This document shows positions 9,001 through 17,962 of a DNA stretch of 60,945 nt, piece after piece. Every line of letters starts with the position of its first letter. Position 1 is the first letter of the stretch. Under the pieces are notes generated by a model. That model was not told where the DNA came from and made no database searches. It was given only the letters and a program-made list of their open reading frames with translations. A program made the translations under genes and the position numbers. Source of the DNA: Thermoguttaceae bacterium (GTDB lineage: Bacteria > Planctomycetota > Planctomycetia > Pirellulales > Thermoguttaceae); the NCBI GenBank assembly GCA_028694795.1, contig JAQVKF010000001.1:1-60945 (forward strand). The letters run 5' to 3'.

Positions 9001-9275
9001 TGTTCACATAAGTTGCATATCAATTGGACCAACCGGTTGCACTGGAGACCGGTAAAAAGTTCAAAAAAGTTTGCGTATTTTCCGCGAAAATGTTTTTTGA
9101 GGCGAAGAACTCATGGGAGGAAACTTTTTGTAAAAAGTTTCCCCTCAACCCCCCCTTCCAAAACTTTTTACCGGACGCACAAACTTCAATATCAACCGGC
9201 TTAAACCATTCCGATTGCGGTCATTTCATTCCTGACCATCGGCTTTTTACTATGTAATTATATGTGAACACACCC
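9001..9275 (+). mobile_element. MITE-like element, copy C (complete)
   Basis: 275 bp, TGTTCACATA...TATATGTGAACACACCC, flanked by TA (8999-9000 and 9276-9277). It has the central palindrome GGAAACTTTTTGTAAAAAGTTTCC and aligns with copy A and with the reverse complement of copy B. Confidence 0.8.
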
Positions 9276-9364
9276 TAGTAACGAATCCGAATGGATGCGA
9301 TGAAACCATGGATATCTCCGATCCATTTTCTCCATGATAACCAGATAGAAAGGAACACTCAACC

Positions 9365-10525
9365 ATGAGCATTAAGAATTTTATTTATCACGCTCCGACG
9401 AAGATCGTGTTTGGTGAGGGAATGATCACGGAACTTCCGAATTTGATTCCGAAAAACGCTAAAGTGATGGTGACCTATGGAGGTGGGTCCATCAAGAAAA
9501 ACGGCGTTTACGAACAGGTGAAGTCGGCGTTAAAAGATTTCGAGGTCGTCGAATTTGGCGGTATCGAACCGAATCCGCACTACGAAACCTGCATGAAAGC
9601 GGTCGAAATGGCCAAAGCGCAGAAGATTGATTTTCTGCTGGCTGTGGGCGGTGGTTCGGTGCTCGACGGAACGAAATTTATCGCCGCCGCGTACTACCAC
9701 ACCGCGACGCCTGATCCGTGGGATATCATCGCCAAAGGGACTTTTGTCGAAAAAATGATTCCCATTGGTTGTGTGCTGACCCTTCCGGCGACCGGTTCCG
9801 AAATGAACGGCAACGCAGTTCTCACACGCGTTTCGACGAATGAAAAGCTGTATTTCGAAACGGTTTTGGCCTGTCCGCAATTTTCGATTCTCGATCCACG
9901 AACGACCATGTCGCTCTCGACGCGACAGACAATCAACGGTATCGTCGATACGTTTACCCACGTTTCGGAACAGTATATGACGGATGATGGCGCTCCGCTG
10001 CAGGATCGTCAGGCGGAAGCGATTTACGCCGTACTGTTGGAGGATGGCCCGCGTGTTCTGCAAGATCCGAACCACTATGAGACGCGGGCGAATCTCATGT
10101 GGGCGGCGACACACGGTTTGAACAAAATGATCGCCTGTGGTGTGAATCAAGACTGGCTTACCCACATGATCGGTCATGAAATCACCGCGTTTTACGGTTT
10201 GGACCATGGACAAACGCTGGCGATTGTGTTGCCCGCGGTGTGGGAGTACCGTCGGCAGCTCAAAGCAAAAAAACTTGCGCAATACGCTCAGCGACTGCTC
10301 GGTGCCACCGGGTCGCAAGACGCACTAATCAATACGACGATTCGTGAAACGCGACGGTTCTTTGAGTCGCTTGGAGCGAAAACACGCTTATCCGATTATG
10401 GTGTGGATGCGACGGAATGCGCCGATCGGATTCGTGATCGATTCAATACACGCGGCGTGCGATTTGGTGAAGATGGTCGAATTACGGGCGACGATATTCC
10501 GGCGATTTTGGATTTATCGAAATAA
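9365..10525 (+). CDS. Iron-containing (group III) alcohol dehydrogenase, YqhD/BdhA-like
   Basis: Full-length match by eye to the Fe-ADH family: N-terminus ...PTKIVFGEGMI...VMVTYGGGSIKKNGVY, then GGGSVLDGTKFIAAA and the metal-binding His cluster ...THMIGHEITAFYGLDHGQTLAIVLP. Confidence 0.9.
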   Translation: MSIKNFIYHAPTKIVFGEGMITELPNLIPKNAKVMVTYGGGSIKKNGVYEQVKSALKDFEVVEFGGIEPNPHYETCMKAVEMAKAQKIDFLLAVGGGSVLDGTKFIAAAYYHTATPDPWDIIAKGTFVEKMIPIGCVLTLPATGSEMNGNAVLTRVSTNEKLYFETVLACPQFSILDPRTTMSLSTRQTINGIVDTFTHVSEQYMTDDGAPLQDRQAEAIYAVLLEDGPRVLQDPNHYETRANLMWAATHGLNKMIACGVNQDWLTHMIGHEITAFYGLDHGQTLAIVLPAVWEYRRQLKAKKLAQYAQRLLGATGSQDALINTTIRETRRFFESLGAKTRLSDYGVDATECADRIRDRFNTRGVRFGEDGRITGDDIPAILDLSK

Positions 10526-10645
10526 TTTTTGGCGTGTCGTTTTCCGCAACGGCGGAAATGTGCCGCCGTCTATTCATACTACCGCGAGGTCGCGTCGTCG
10601 GCAGTACTTACCCGTTGCATTTGCGGGCCGCATCAACCTTTACAC

Positions 10646-10677
10646 CATCCCGGCTTGCGTTGTAAGCGGTCGGGAGA
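10646..10677 (+). repeat. REP-like hairpin repeat, copy 2
   Basis: CATCCCGGCTTGCGTTGTAAGCGGTCGGGAGAG. The upstream ~90 nt also share short blocks (GTGCCGCCG, GGGCCGC) with the region upstream of copy 1. Confidence 0.55.
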
Positions 10678-10856
10678 GCGGCTTTTTCATGGTGATTGTG
10701 TGAAGTGTGAACATGCCAAAGCCAATAAAAACCAGCCAATAAAAAAACGTGATACACACGCATCACGTTCTCCAATTCCTATTATTCGCCCGTTAGCGAC
10801 CATTTACTCGCTGGAACAGTTGCCCTTTAACTCAACAACTATCTGCAGACTATCAG

Positions 10857-10938
10857 CGGAGGACACGGGGCTCGAACCCGCAACCGGTTGCCCGGCATCT
10901 GATTTCGAATCAGACCGCTAACCATTCGCTTATCCTCC
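10857..10938 (-). tRNA. tRNA-Ser (anticodon CGA), class II with long variable arm; atypical D-arm
   Basis: Minus-strand sequence: GGAGGATAAGCGAATGGTTAGCGGTCTGATTCGAAATCAGATGCCGGGCAACCGGTTGCGGGTTCGAGCCCCGTGTCCTCCG. It has a 7-bp acceptor stem, anticodon stem TCTGA/TCAGA with loop TTCGAAA (U33, CGA, A37), a 16-nt variable arm with CCGG/CCGG stem, and T-arm GCGGG-TTCGAGC-CCCGT. CCA is not encoded. The D-stem pairs poorly, and position 8 is A rather than U. Confidence 0.7.
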
Positions 10939-11022
10939 GTAAACATCGCCGAGATTGTATCCGAATCACCAAATAAAGCAACCCCCCTTCCATGTTTTTT
11001 CTGGTGGACCGGAATACCGCAT

Positions 11023-11655
11023 TCACACCTCTCTTTTCGCCTTAAAAAACGATGGGCTATGCGATTCCTGAACGGGACCTGTTTCTGATTTTTCCGATTT
11101 CTGAAACGTGACCGGTCCGCCAAATGCATCGAGAATGGCCAATACATTCAAAAGAGCCGCGACTAATGTATAAACCAATCCAATTTCGAATTTGCTGCGT
11201 AGAACGAAGTAGCAACGGCTTAACGAAGGCTGTTGTGCCAGCGCGATCGCCGTTTGTTGTGCAATCCGTTGATCGGGATCGGCCTGTGGCGGTGCCATAA
11301 ATCCATGAAGAATCGGCGGTTTCCCCTGTTGGACCCGACTTGATTGATACCAAGCGGGAAACGACGGTAAACCGACCAATGTTTGACAATACGACATCAA
11401 ACGTGATTCGCCCAACGTTTGCGGCACGTAAACCGCTCGCGCCGCGCCGACTTGCGGATCGCTGCTTATCCAACAGCCGATAAAAAAAATCGACAGAATG
11501 CTAACCGAAAACAGAAGCCCTTTCATCGTGCGTCCCTGATAAAAATGGCCCAATCCCGGTACCAGCCAGGCTAAGAACGCCGCAAGCCACCGATTCTTGA
11601 GATCTATCGAAATCGGTTGTTCATCGATTGTGGACGTTGCTGTTTCCGTCATCAT
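11023..11655 (-). CDS. Membrane protein of unknown function (DUF6677-like/TM2-like; GLGHFYQG motif)
   Basis: Predicted TM helices (WLAAFLAWLVPGLGHFYQGRTMKGLLFSVSILSIFFIGCWI and a C-terminal LVYTLVAALLNVLAILDAF). Coding-looking composition. No function recognised. Confidence 0.65.
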   Translation of the reverse strand: MMTETATSTIDEQPISIDLKNRWLAAFLAWLVPGLGHFYQGRTMKGLLFSVSILSIFFIGCWISSDPQVGAARAVYVPQTLGESRLMSYCQTLVGLPSFPAWYQSSRVQQGKPPILHGFMAPPQADPDQRIAQQTAIALAQQPSLSRCYFVLRSKFEIGLVYTLVAALLNVLAILDAFGGPVTFQKSEKSETGPVQESHSPSFFKAKREV

Positions 11656-12365
11656 GGATTCCTAATGTTTATGTTTGTTGTCCGTTTGTTCGGTGTCATA
11701 CTTTTGCTTGGTACGATGTTCGTGCTTGCGATGTCCATTGAAAAATCGCTTCGATCAACGGTTAATCAGTCTCGTTTTCAACCGGACGCCATAGAACATC
11801 GTGAAACCCTTGCAAGCCACAAAATTCGACTGTCCCGTGACTTGGCAAAACGGATCACCAAGTTCCCGATCGGATAGTCCTGTTTGTTACGCACTACTAT
11901 CGTAACAGAAGCGGACGAAGATTCAATATCAAACGACCCGATTGCCGAGCCTAAAAACCAAACACGATACCTCAAAATGGGGCCTGCTGGATGGCGTGCA
12001 TGGTCCAGACATCCCTTTATATCGACATAAGTGAGCGAAAATTCGCAAACTGCGCAAAGAAAAAATGGTTTGGGGGGTTGTCGCCAAGGGAAGAAAACGG
12101 TTAAATGGTGTTTTGTAATGTGGAGTTGTCTTAATCACGGTATGTCGATTCCTCTGCGTTTGTCGCGTGGGAAATGCTCGCGTGGGCGGCTGTAGGTTGG
12201 CAGTTGCGCGGAGGAATTGGCGTAGTCATAGAACTTGGCCGGTTTTTGTACGGATGTGTCCAAATTTGGTACGAATGCGTCCGATGAACGGCGGTTGAGT
12301 GATGATATGCAGTTATTGGAAGGAGGTTTCCCCTGAGTCAGTCACGTCAGATTGGTCTCGCCGCA

Positions 12366-13892
12366 GTGATCGCCCTGGTGTTATTGCGGCTTTCGATCGG
12401 CTGCCATTTCCTTTATGAAGGTATTTGGAAGATAGAAAACGCCGATAAATTTACCGCCGATCCTTTCCTTTCCGAAGCGAAGGGAATCGCGGCCCCGTTG
12501 TTTTACGCGATGCTCGACGACCTCGATGGTCGGGAGCGTCTGGTGGTCAGCTATCCGGAAGTGACGCCAGCAGATGGTGAAACGGCTGTGGTCCAGCAGA
12601 CGGATCTTGCCACGGTCACTTCGCCGCGTACGGTCGATACTTGGCGTGCGTTTGGCGAAATGCTGAAAGGTCGTATGGGACCGGTAAAAGACGAGAATGT
12701 CGTCACGCCTTACGACAAAGAAAAATTGGATGCGGAAAAGACCGCTCTCACCGATATGCAGAAACCGTTGGTCGAGGAGCAGAAGGCGTTGCGTGACGCA
12801 ATTGCCAAAGGTACCGCGGATGAAAAATCAGTCGCGCGTGAAGCGGAACTCACCGTGAAACTTGTGAAGATTGCGTCTCGTATTTCGCTCATTAACGAAT
12901 ACCATGCGTTGGTAGCGGAACAGGGTAGTGCGGCTGAGTCGCAAGCGGCAATCCGAAATAATAAGGAATTACCGCCTAAGGCAAAACAACAGGCGGAATT
13001 GGTTCTTTTGCAGCGAATGAAGTGGGTCGATCAGCGGGTGGAGTGGCTGAGTCGCCAACAGCGGTTGGCTGATTTGCAGCAGCTGATCATGAACGGCAAA
13101 GCGACTCCGGAAGAGTTGCGTGACGCGACCGTGCTGGAACGTAAACAATGGGTTGATCTCGTGGTCGCCAGTTATGAACAGGCGTTACAAGATTACCTGG
13201 ATATCAATTCGCAGGAGATCGCGGCGCATTTCATCAATTTGGACAAATTCGAGAAATCGCTTCGTGGTATGCCGGGTACGGTTGGTACCGATTTCGAAAA
13301 GAAACGTGAATGGGATAAGAAGGGCGAATTGCGTGAGGTGATCGCTCCATGGATTAAGGAAATCGAAACCCAGACCAATTCGCTTAAAGCGACCTGTTTT
13401 TCCCAGTGCAAAGTGTGGGACGCCCAGACGGAAATAGCGGTGAAAGATGGTTCGCTCAAAGTTGCCTCGGTGAAACCGATGTTAACGCCGAGCGAGGTTT
13501 CCGCGGGCAAGGTGATTCCGGGCAATTGGTGGAATCCTCTGACTTGGACACGTTCGGAACAGATGAGCTTCATGGTCACTTGGATGTTGACGCTCATTGG
13601 TATCGCGTTGTTCTTCGGTTGCTGCACACGTTTGGCGTCAATTGGAGGCGCAATTTTCATGTTGATGATTGTGCTGACGCAACTGCAATGGCCGGCATGG
13701 TATCCGCCGTCGCCAGCCGTGGTGGGTCACGCGATGATCATCAATAAAGATTTCATCGAGATGATGGCGTTGATCGTTTTGGCGACCGTTGGCGCGGGAC
13801 GTTGGGGTGGTGTGGATAGCGTGCTTTGGACGCTTTGGAAAATGTTGCCGTGTAACAGGGCGAAGGCTGCGGAGACGAAAGCCGCGGAATAA
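12366..13892 (+). CDS. DoxX-family membrane protein interrupted by a ~380-aa helical/coiled-coil domain
   Basis: The N-terminus (LLRLSIGCHFLYEGIWKI) is a DoxX-type first helix. The C-terminal ~110 aa contain three further hydrophobic helices. The middle is rich in K/E/Q/A/L. The GTG at 12366 lacks an obvious RBS, whereas an in-frame CTG at 12333 sits 6 nt after GGAGG, so the true start may lie upstream. Confidence 0.75.
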   Translation: MIALVLLRLSIGCHFLYEGIWKIENADKFTADPFLSEAKGIAAPLFYAMLDDLDGRERLVVSYPEVTPADGETAVVQQTDLATVTSPRTVDTWRAFGEMLKGRMGPVKDENVVTPYDKEKLDAEKTALTDMQKPLVEEQKALRDAIAKGTADEKSVAREAELTVKLVKIASRISLINEYHALVAEQGSAAESQAAIRNNKELPPKAKQQAELVLLQRMKWVDQRVEWLSRQQRLADLQQLIMNGKATPEELRDATVLERKQWVDLVVASYEQALQDYLDINSQEIAAHFINLDKFEKSLRGMPGTVGTDFEKKREWDKKGELREVIAPWIKEIETQTNSLKATCFSQCKVWDAQTEIAVKDGSLKVASVKPMLTPSEVSAGKVIPGNWWNPLTWTRSEQMSFMVTWMLTLIGIALFFGCCTRLASIGGAIFMLMIVLTQLQWPAWYPPSPAVVGHAMIINKDFIEMMALIVLATVGAGRWGGVDSVLWTLWKMLPCNRAKAAETKAAE

Positions 13893-13997
13893 TTTTCGAT
13901 GAACGGGTTTCCAAGGGAATACCCGTCTTGGAGAAACGAGATTCGCGGTTCATTTTTCAACTGAAATCAGTACAGAACGAATAAGGAAAATAAGCGT

Positions 13998-15728
13998 ATG
14001 AACCTGACACCTGAAGAACTTCAGACTGGTAAAGAGAACTTTTACGCGGCGATTGGTAGCGAATATACGCGGCGTGATTTTTTGGCTCAAAGTTTAGCGG
14101 CTGCTGCGGTCGCCGGTGGTTCGCTTGGCGGTTTTTACTATGGTTACAGCCAAGCGGATGTCAAAGATCCAGTCCGTATTGGTGTGATTGGTACGGGTGA
14201 CGAGGGGAACGTGTTAATTGGCGCGTTGAACCCGAATTTCTTGCAGGTCAAAGCGATCTGTGATATTCGTCCGTACAACGTGTACCGTGCGTTCGAGGGA
14301 CAGAAAATCGGTTCCGAACGTGCTCGTACCGTGCGTAAAGGTTTGATGAATGTTTACGGTTGGAAGACACGTGAGGAAGCGGACAAGAACGTCAAAGTCT
14401 ATCAGGACTGGAAACAGCTGATTGACGAGGCGAAGGACAATGGCATTGAAGCGATCGTGATCGGGCTTCCGTTCCAGTTGCACGCTCCGGTAGCGGTTTA
14501 CGCGATGGAGCATGGCCTGCACGTATTGACGGAAAAGTTGATGTCGAGTTCAATCGGTGCGTGTAAGGATATGATTCGTACGGCGGTGGCGAGCGATTGC
14601 TTGCTTTCCGTTGGTCACCAGCGTCACTACAATATTTTGTATGCGAACGCGGCGGAAACGATCAGCTCCGGTTTGCTGGGCGATATTCACTTCATCCGTG
14701 CTCAGTGGCACCGAGGCAATTTGCCGGGTAAAGATTCTTGGCAGCCGATGATGCCTGGCGATTCGCAATTGGCCGATGCGTTGCGTAAGCGAACGATTGA
14801 GTTGGAACGCGCGACAGCTCCTGGTGTCAAACCGGACCCCAAAAAGATCGAAGACCTGCAAAATCAGGTCAAGGAATATACTGCGCAGGTCGCGGATAAA
14901 GATGTTGATGCGTCGAAATATGGGTATCAGGCTCATGAAATTCCGGCAGCGTATGGTCTTCCGGCCTATCAAGCGACTCCGTTGGAAGAGCTGATTCGTT
15001 GGCGTCTATGGAAGCGTACGGGTGGCGGATTGATGGTCGAACTCGGAAGTCACCAGATGGACGCGGCGGGCATTTTTGTGACCGCGATGCACGAAAAGGT
15101 GAAGGGCACGCACGAAAAAGTGAAGCCGCTCGCCGTTTCTGCTCATGGTGCGCGTAACCTATTCAACAATGACCGTGAGATTGACGACCACCTGCACTGT
15201 ATTATTGAATTTCCACATCCAGAATATGATGCGGCGGATCCCCAGTCAGCTCTTCGTAAAATCGAAGTGGCGTACAGCGCGGTCAATGGTAACGGTTTTG
15301 GTGGCTATGGCGAAGAGGTGTACGGTACGAAGGGTACACTCATGCTGCTCAAAGAACAGGAAGTGGCTCTGTTCAAAGAAGCGGATACGTCGGCCAAGGT
15401 CGAAGTGAAGAAGTCGGACGAGTTGGTGTTGGACACGCAGGCGAGTGGTCCGTCACAGGCGGCGGCCAAGGGTGCGGCGGCACTGGCCGATGTTTCCCTC
15501 GGTTACCGCGAGGAGTTGGAACATTGGGCTTGGTGTATTCGCAATCGTGCGCCGGAAAACAAGCCGCGTTGCAGTGGTCCGATTGGTATGGCGGATGCCG
15601 TGATCGCTTTGACGGTCAACGTCGCCGTGGCCAAACAGGAACGTATCGAATTCAAGAAAGAATGGTTCGATTACACCAGTGACGAAACGCCGGACGACAG
15701 CACGCCGACGGTCAAACTGCCAGCGTAA
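13998..15728 (+). CDS. Gfo/Idh/MocA-family oxidoreductase with twin-arginine (TAT) signal
   Basis: TAT motif TRRDFLAQSLAAAAVAGG, Rossmann segment VRIGVIGTGDEGNVLIG, ...LHVLTEKLM... and a C-terminal alpha/beta domain. Confidence 0.9.
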   Translation: MNLTPEELQTGKENFYAAIGSEYTRRDFLAQSLAAAAVAGGSLGGFYYGYSQADVKDPVRIGVIGTGDEGNVLIGALNPNFLQVKAICDIRPYNVYRAFEGQKIGSERARTVRKGLMNVYGWKTREEADKNVKVYQDWKQLIDEAKDNGIEAIVIGLPFQLHAPVAVYAMEHGLHVLTEKLMSSSIGACKDMIRTAVASDCLLSVGHQRHYNILYANAAETISSGLLGDIHFIRAQWHRGNLPGKDSWQPMMPGDSQLADALRKRTIELERATAPGVKPDPKKIEDLQNQVKEYTAQVADKDVDASKYGYQAHEIPAAYGLPAYQATPLEELIRWRLWKRTGGGLMVELGSHQMDAAGIFVTAMHEKVKGTHEKVKPLAVSAHGARNLFNNDREIDDHLHCIIEFPHPEYDAADPQSALRKIEVAYSAVNGNGFGGYGEEVYGTKGTLMLLKEQEVALFKEADTSAKVEVKKSDELVLDTQASGPSQAAAKGAAALADVSLGYREELEHWAWCIRNRAPENKPRCSGPIGMADAVIALTVNVAVAKQERIEFKKEWFDYTSDETPDDSTPTVKLPA

Positions 15729-15758
15729 TATACCGGATTTCCATCGAATAGAGAGAAT

Positions 15759-15786
15759 CGCGATTTCGTTTGAAGTCGCGTTTTTT
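15759..15786 (+). terminator. Weak candidate terminator after the Gfo/Idh/MocA gene
   Basis: CGCGA (15759-15763) pairs with TCGCG (15776-15780), followed by TTTTTT (15781-15786). The stem is only 5 bp with a 12-nt loop. Confidence 0.3.
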
Positions 15787-15918
15787 CGTATCCATGTCAA
15801 TGATTCTCCGGCATTGACTGCTGTATGCCGGTATTGCACGGCTATACGCCGCTGTGTGTTTGTGCCACTGGCCGACGGTTCATGGTCCGCCAGAGGTGCG
15901 GATCATGAATATCAACCA

Positions 15919-17586
15919 TTAGTCCCATTTTTCGTCATTTTTGCGTGTTCCGCAAAGATTGACTTGGATACCAAGTGCTTCTGCCATAGCGGCGCGTGTG
16001 AACAACGCGGCGTCGGCGTCTTTTGCGCTATTTGCGTAGACCACCTGAATGTGATTTGCCTTGTGTTTGGCCATGAATTGGTCTCGTGAAACGCCGTACA
16101 ACACGGCGTGCATAATCGGCCACTGCGGTGAGGTTAGATCAAGACGACGCTGAGTCTCTTTTTCCGGCAACGCTACTACTTCCGCTCGACCCATGTCCAT
16201 ATGTAGTTTGCCGCCATCAATGTAAATACGTGACCAGATAATTTCACCCGGTTTAGAGTTGCCTTGGATCGTACTGCCACCGAGCGGGAAGTACATTTTG
16301 GATTGTCGCATACCGACCGCATCTTTCCAACCGTTCGGGAAATGGGCTGGTGGAACCGCGCCACTGATCAAAAAGACCCACACATAATCTTGAACCGTTC
16401 CCGTCGGATCCCAATCGCCCCAGCGCACATCATGTAACGTCGTTTCAATCGGCTGTCCCATTGCCGCGTGCACGCGATTCACCAACAATCCATCAAGCCC
16501 GGAGCATTCGTCCACTTCGTTGAAATGTACAATCGGTTTACCCGCGTACAGTTCACGTTTTCCATCGCGGCTCATGACCGGCGGACGCTCCGTATTGTTG
16601 AGCGTACCTTCCACAAGATCGCTGGCCGGAAGCATATCTTTCAGACCCTGTTGGTACTGAATGCCGATGACGCTGCATCCGAAATCGTCTGCGATACGTA
16701 CGGCTGCAACGTACATTTTACACTGCTGCAACACTTGGCGTTCGGTCAAATTTTTGTCCTCATCCGGGCCGAATTGGAACTTCATGCCGTGGTTTTGATA
16801 CCACCCAAGGACCACTTTGGCCTCTGCATCCGTGACCTGCGACGCTTCGTAACAGAGGGCCGATTGGCTGAGTCGTTCTTTGAAAACGCCACACGGATTG
16901 AGCAACGCATCCTCAATGATTCCGTTGTACATTCCCATACAACCTTCATCGAAAACGCCGAGAATCGCGGGATTCTGAATCAAATCCTGAGCCAACGCCT
17001 CGCCCAACTTCTTTTCCTTCGTCGGAATTTTCACCGTGGAAAGTTTGGTCACATGGGGCATCGGGTGTTTGATCGCCCTCTTTTCGATCCATTTTTTCAG
17101 CTGCTTTTTGAACGAATTGGCGGCAAAATCATCCGCCCATAGGGTCGAAAACTTCTTGCCAGTTTTCGTGAGCGAGGCGTTTAGATTGAGCATTCCAACG
17201 AGACCCGGCCAGGTCGGTGACCAATTCGCGCAGGTCAAAATCGGACCGCGGTGCGTCGTTAACCCTGGAAGCACGTGGTGTGAATATTGCCAGACAGCTT
17301 CCGCGACAATCACAGGAGCATCGGGATCCATTTTGGAAAAAACTTCAAGCCCCATCTTTTGCGACGAAATGAAACCATGCTTTTCAACGGGATTATATGC
17401 GTGTGCTCGCACCAATTCGTATCCCAATTCGGCAACCGCCGCTTTCAACGCGTCTTCCATCTCCTTTTGGGCGGGCCAACACTCTTGGTTGGCCGGAAGT
17501 CGCAAATCGCCGCTCGCCACGAGATAAATCTGTTTCTTTTTCGCTTTCGGACGCTTTATCGCCGCCGGAAGTTTGTACCCTGCCAT
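15919..17586 (-). CDS. L-fucose-isomerase-like sugar isomerase family protein
   Basis: The length (555 aa) and several segments resemble FucI-family proteins by eye: the N-terminal ...[10 protein letters not shown]... domain, and a C-terminal ...[30 protein letters not shown]... segment comparable to FucI ...VMANWGANHGVLTIGH... I infer family, not substrate. Confidence 0.6.
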   Translation of the reverse strand: MAGYKLPAAIKRPKAKKKQIYLVASGDLRLPANQECWPAQKEMEDALKAAVAELGYELVRAHAYNPVEKHGFISSQKMGLEVFSKMDPDAPVIVAEAVWQYSHHVLPGLTTHRGPILTCANWSPTWPGLVGMLNLNASLTKTGKKFSTLWADDFAANSFKKQLKKWIEKRAIKHPMPHVTKLSTVKIPTKEKKLGEALAQDLIQNPAILGVFDEGCMGMYNGIIEDALLNPCGVFKERLSQSALCYEASQVTDAEAKVVLGWYQNHGMKFQFGPDEDKNLTERQVLQQCKMYVAAVRIADDFGCSVIGIQYQQGLKDMLPASDLVEGTLNNTERPPVMSRDGKRELYAGKPIVHFNEVDECSGLDGLLVNRVHAAMGQPIETTLHDVRWGDWDPTGTVQDYVWVFLISGAVPPAHFPNGWKDAVGMRQSKMYFPLGGSTIQGNSKPGEIIWSRIYIDGGKLHMDMGRAEVVALPEKETQRRLDLTSPQWPIMHAVLYGVSRDQFMAKHKANHIQVVYANSAKDADAALFTRAAMAEALGIQVNLCGTRKNDEKWD

Positions 17587-17643
17587 GGTAAGAATTCCTT
17601 TCTGAAAACAAATCGGATGATAGATACACGGATATTAAATGGA

Positions 17644-17677
17644 AAAAATATTCAGCCATGCAAAAATATTCAGCCAT
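17644..17677. promoter_or_regulatory. Perfect 16-nt direct repeat upstream of the isomerase-like gene
   Basis: AAAAATATTCAGCCAT occurs at 17644-17659 and 17662-17677 (separated by GC), 58-91 nt upstream of the start at 17586. It is followed by the palindrome CGCGAACAATCGCG. Confidence 0.3.
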
Positions 17678-17962
17678 ATCGGCCTAATCGCGAACAATCG
17701 CGATACTCATTTCAGTCGAATGGATATGAATGGGTAGTATGATGGATGAGGGGTTGGCCTAAAACGATTTTTACAACGAAAAAACGCCCATGGAAACACA
17801 AAATCCGACGGAACAAGTTCGCATCTTTGTACGGTCATGTACCAAGGTGTACATCATCTACCCGTGATATTAAAAGCAATCATTTGACCGCTAAAAACAG
17901 TATAATCTCTTTAGAAACCGGATGAAACAGCGACTGCGAAGAAATTGTTCTCTTTTTCCGCC

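Noticed and set aside
11617-11877. An 86-aa + strand ORF (MFIDCG.../MFMFVVRLFGVILLLGTMFVLAMS...) divergent from the membrane-protein gene. It could be a small membrane protein.
   Set aside because: Its 5' end overlaps the start of the 11023-11655 gene. It has no obvious RBS and no recognisable family. It is not excluded, but it is unsupported by sequence alone.
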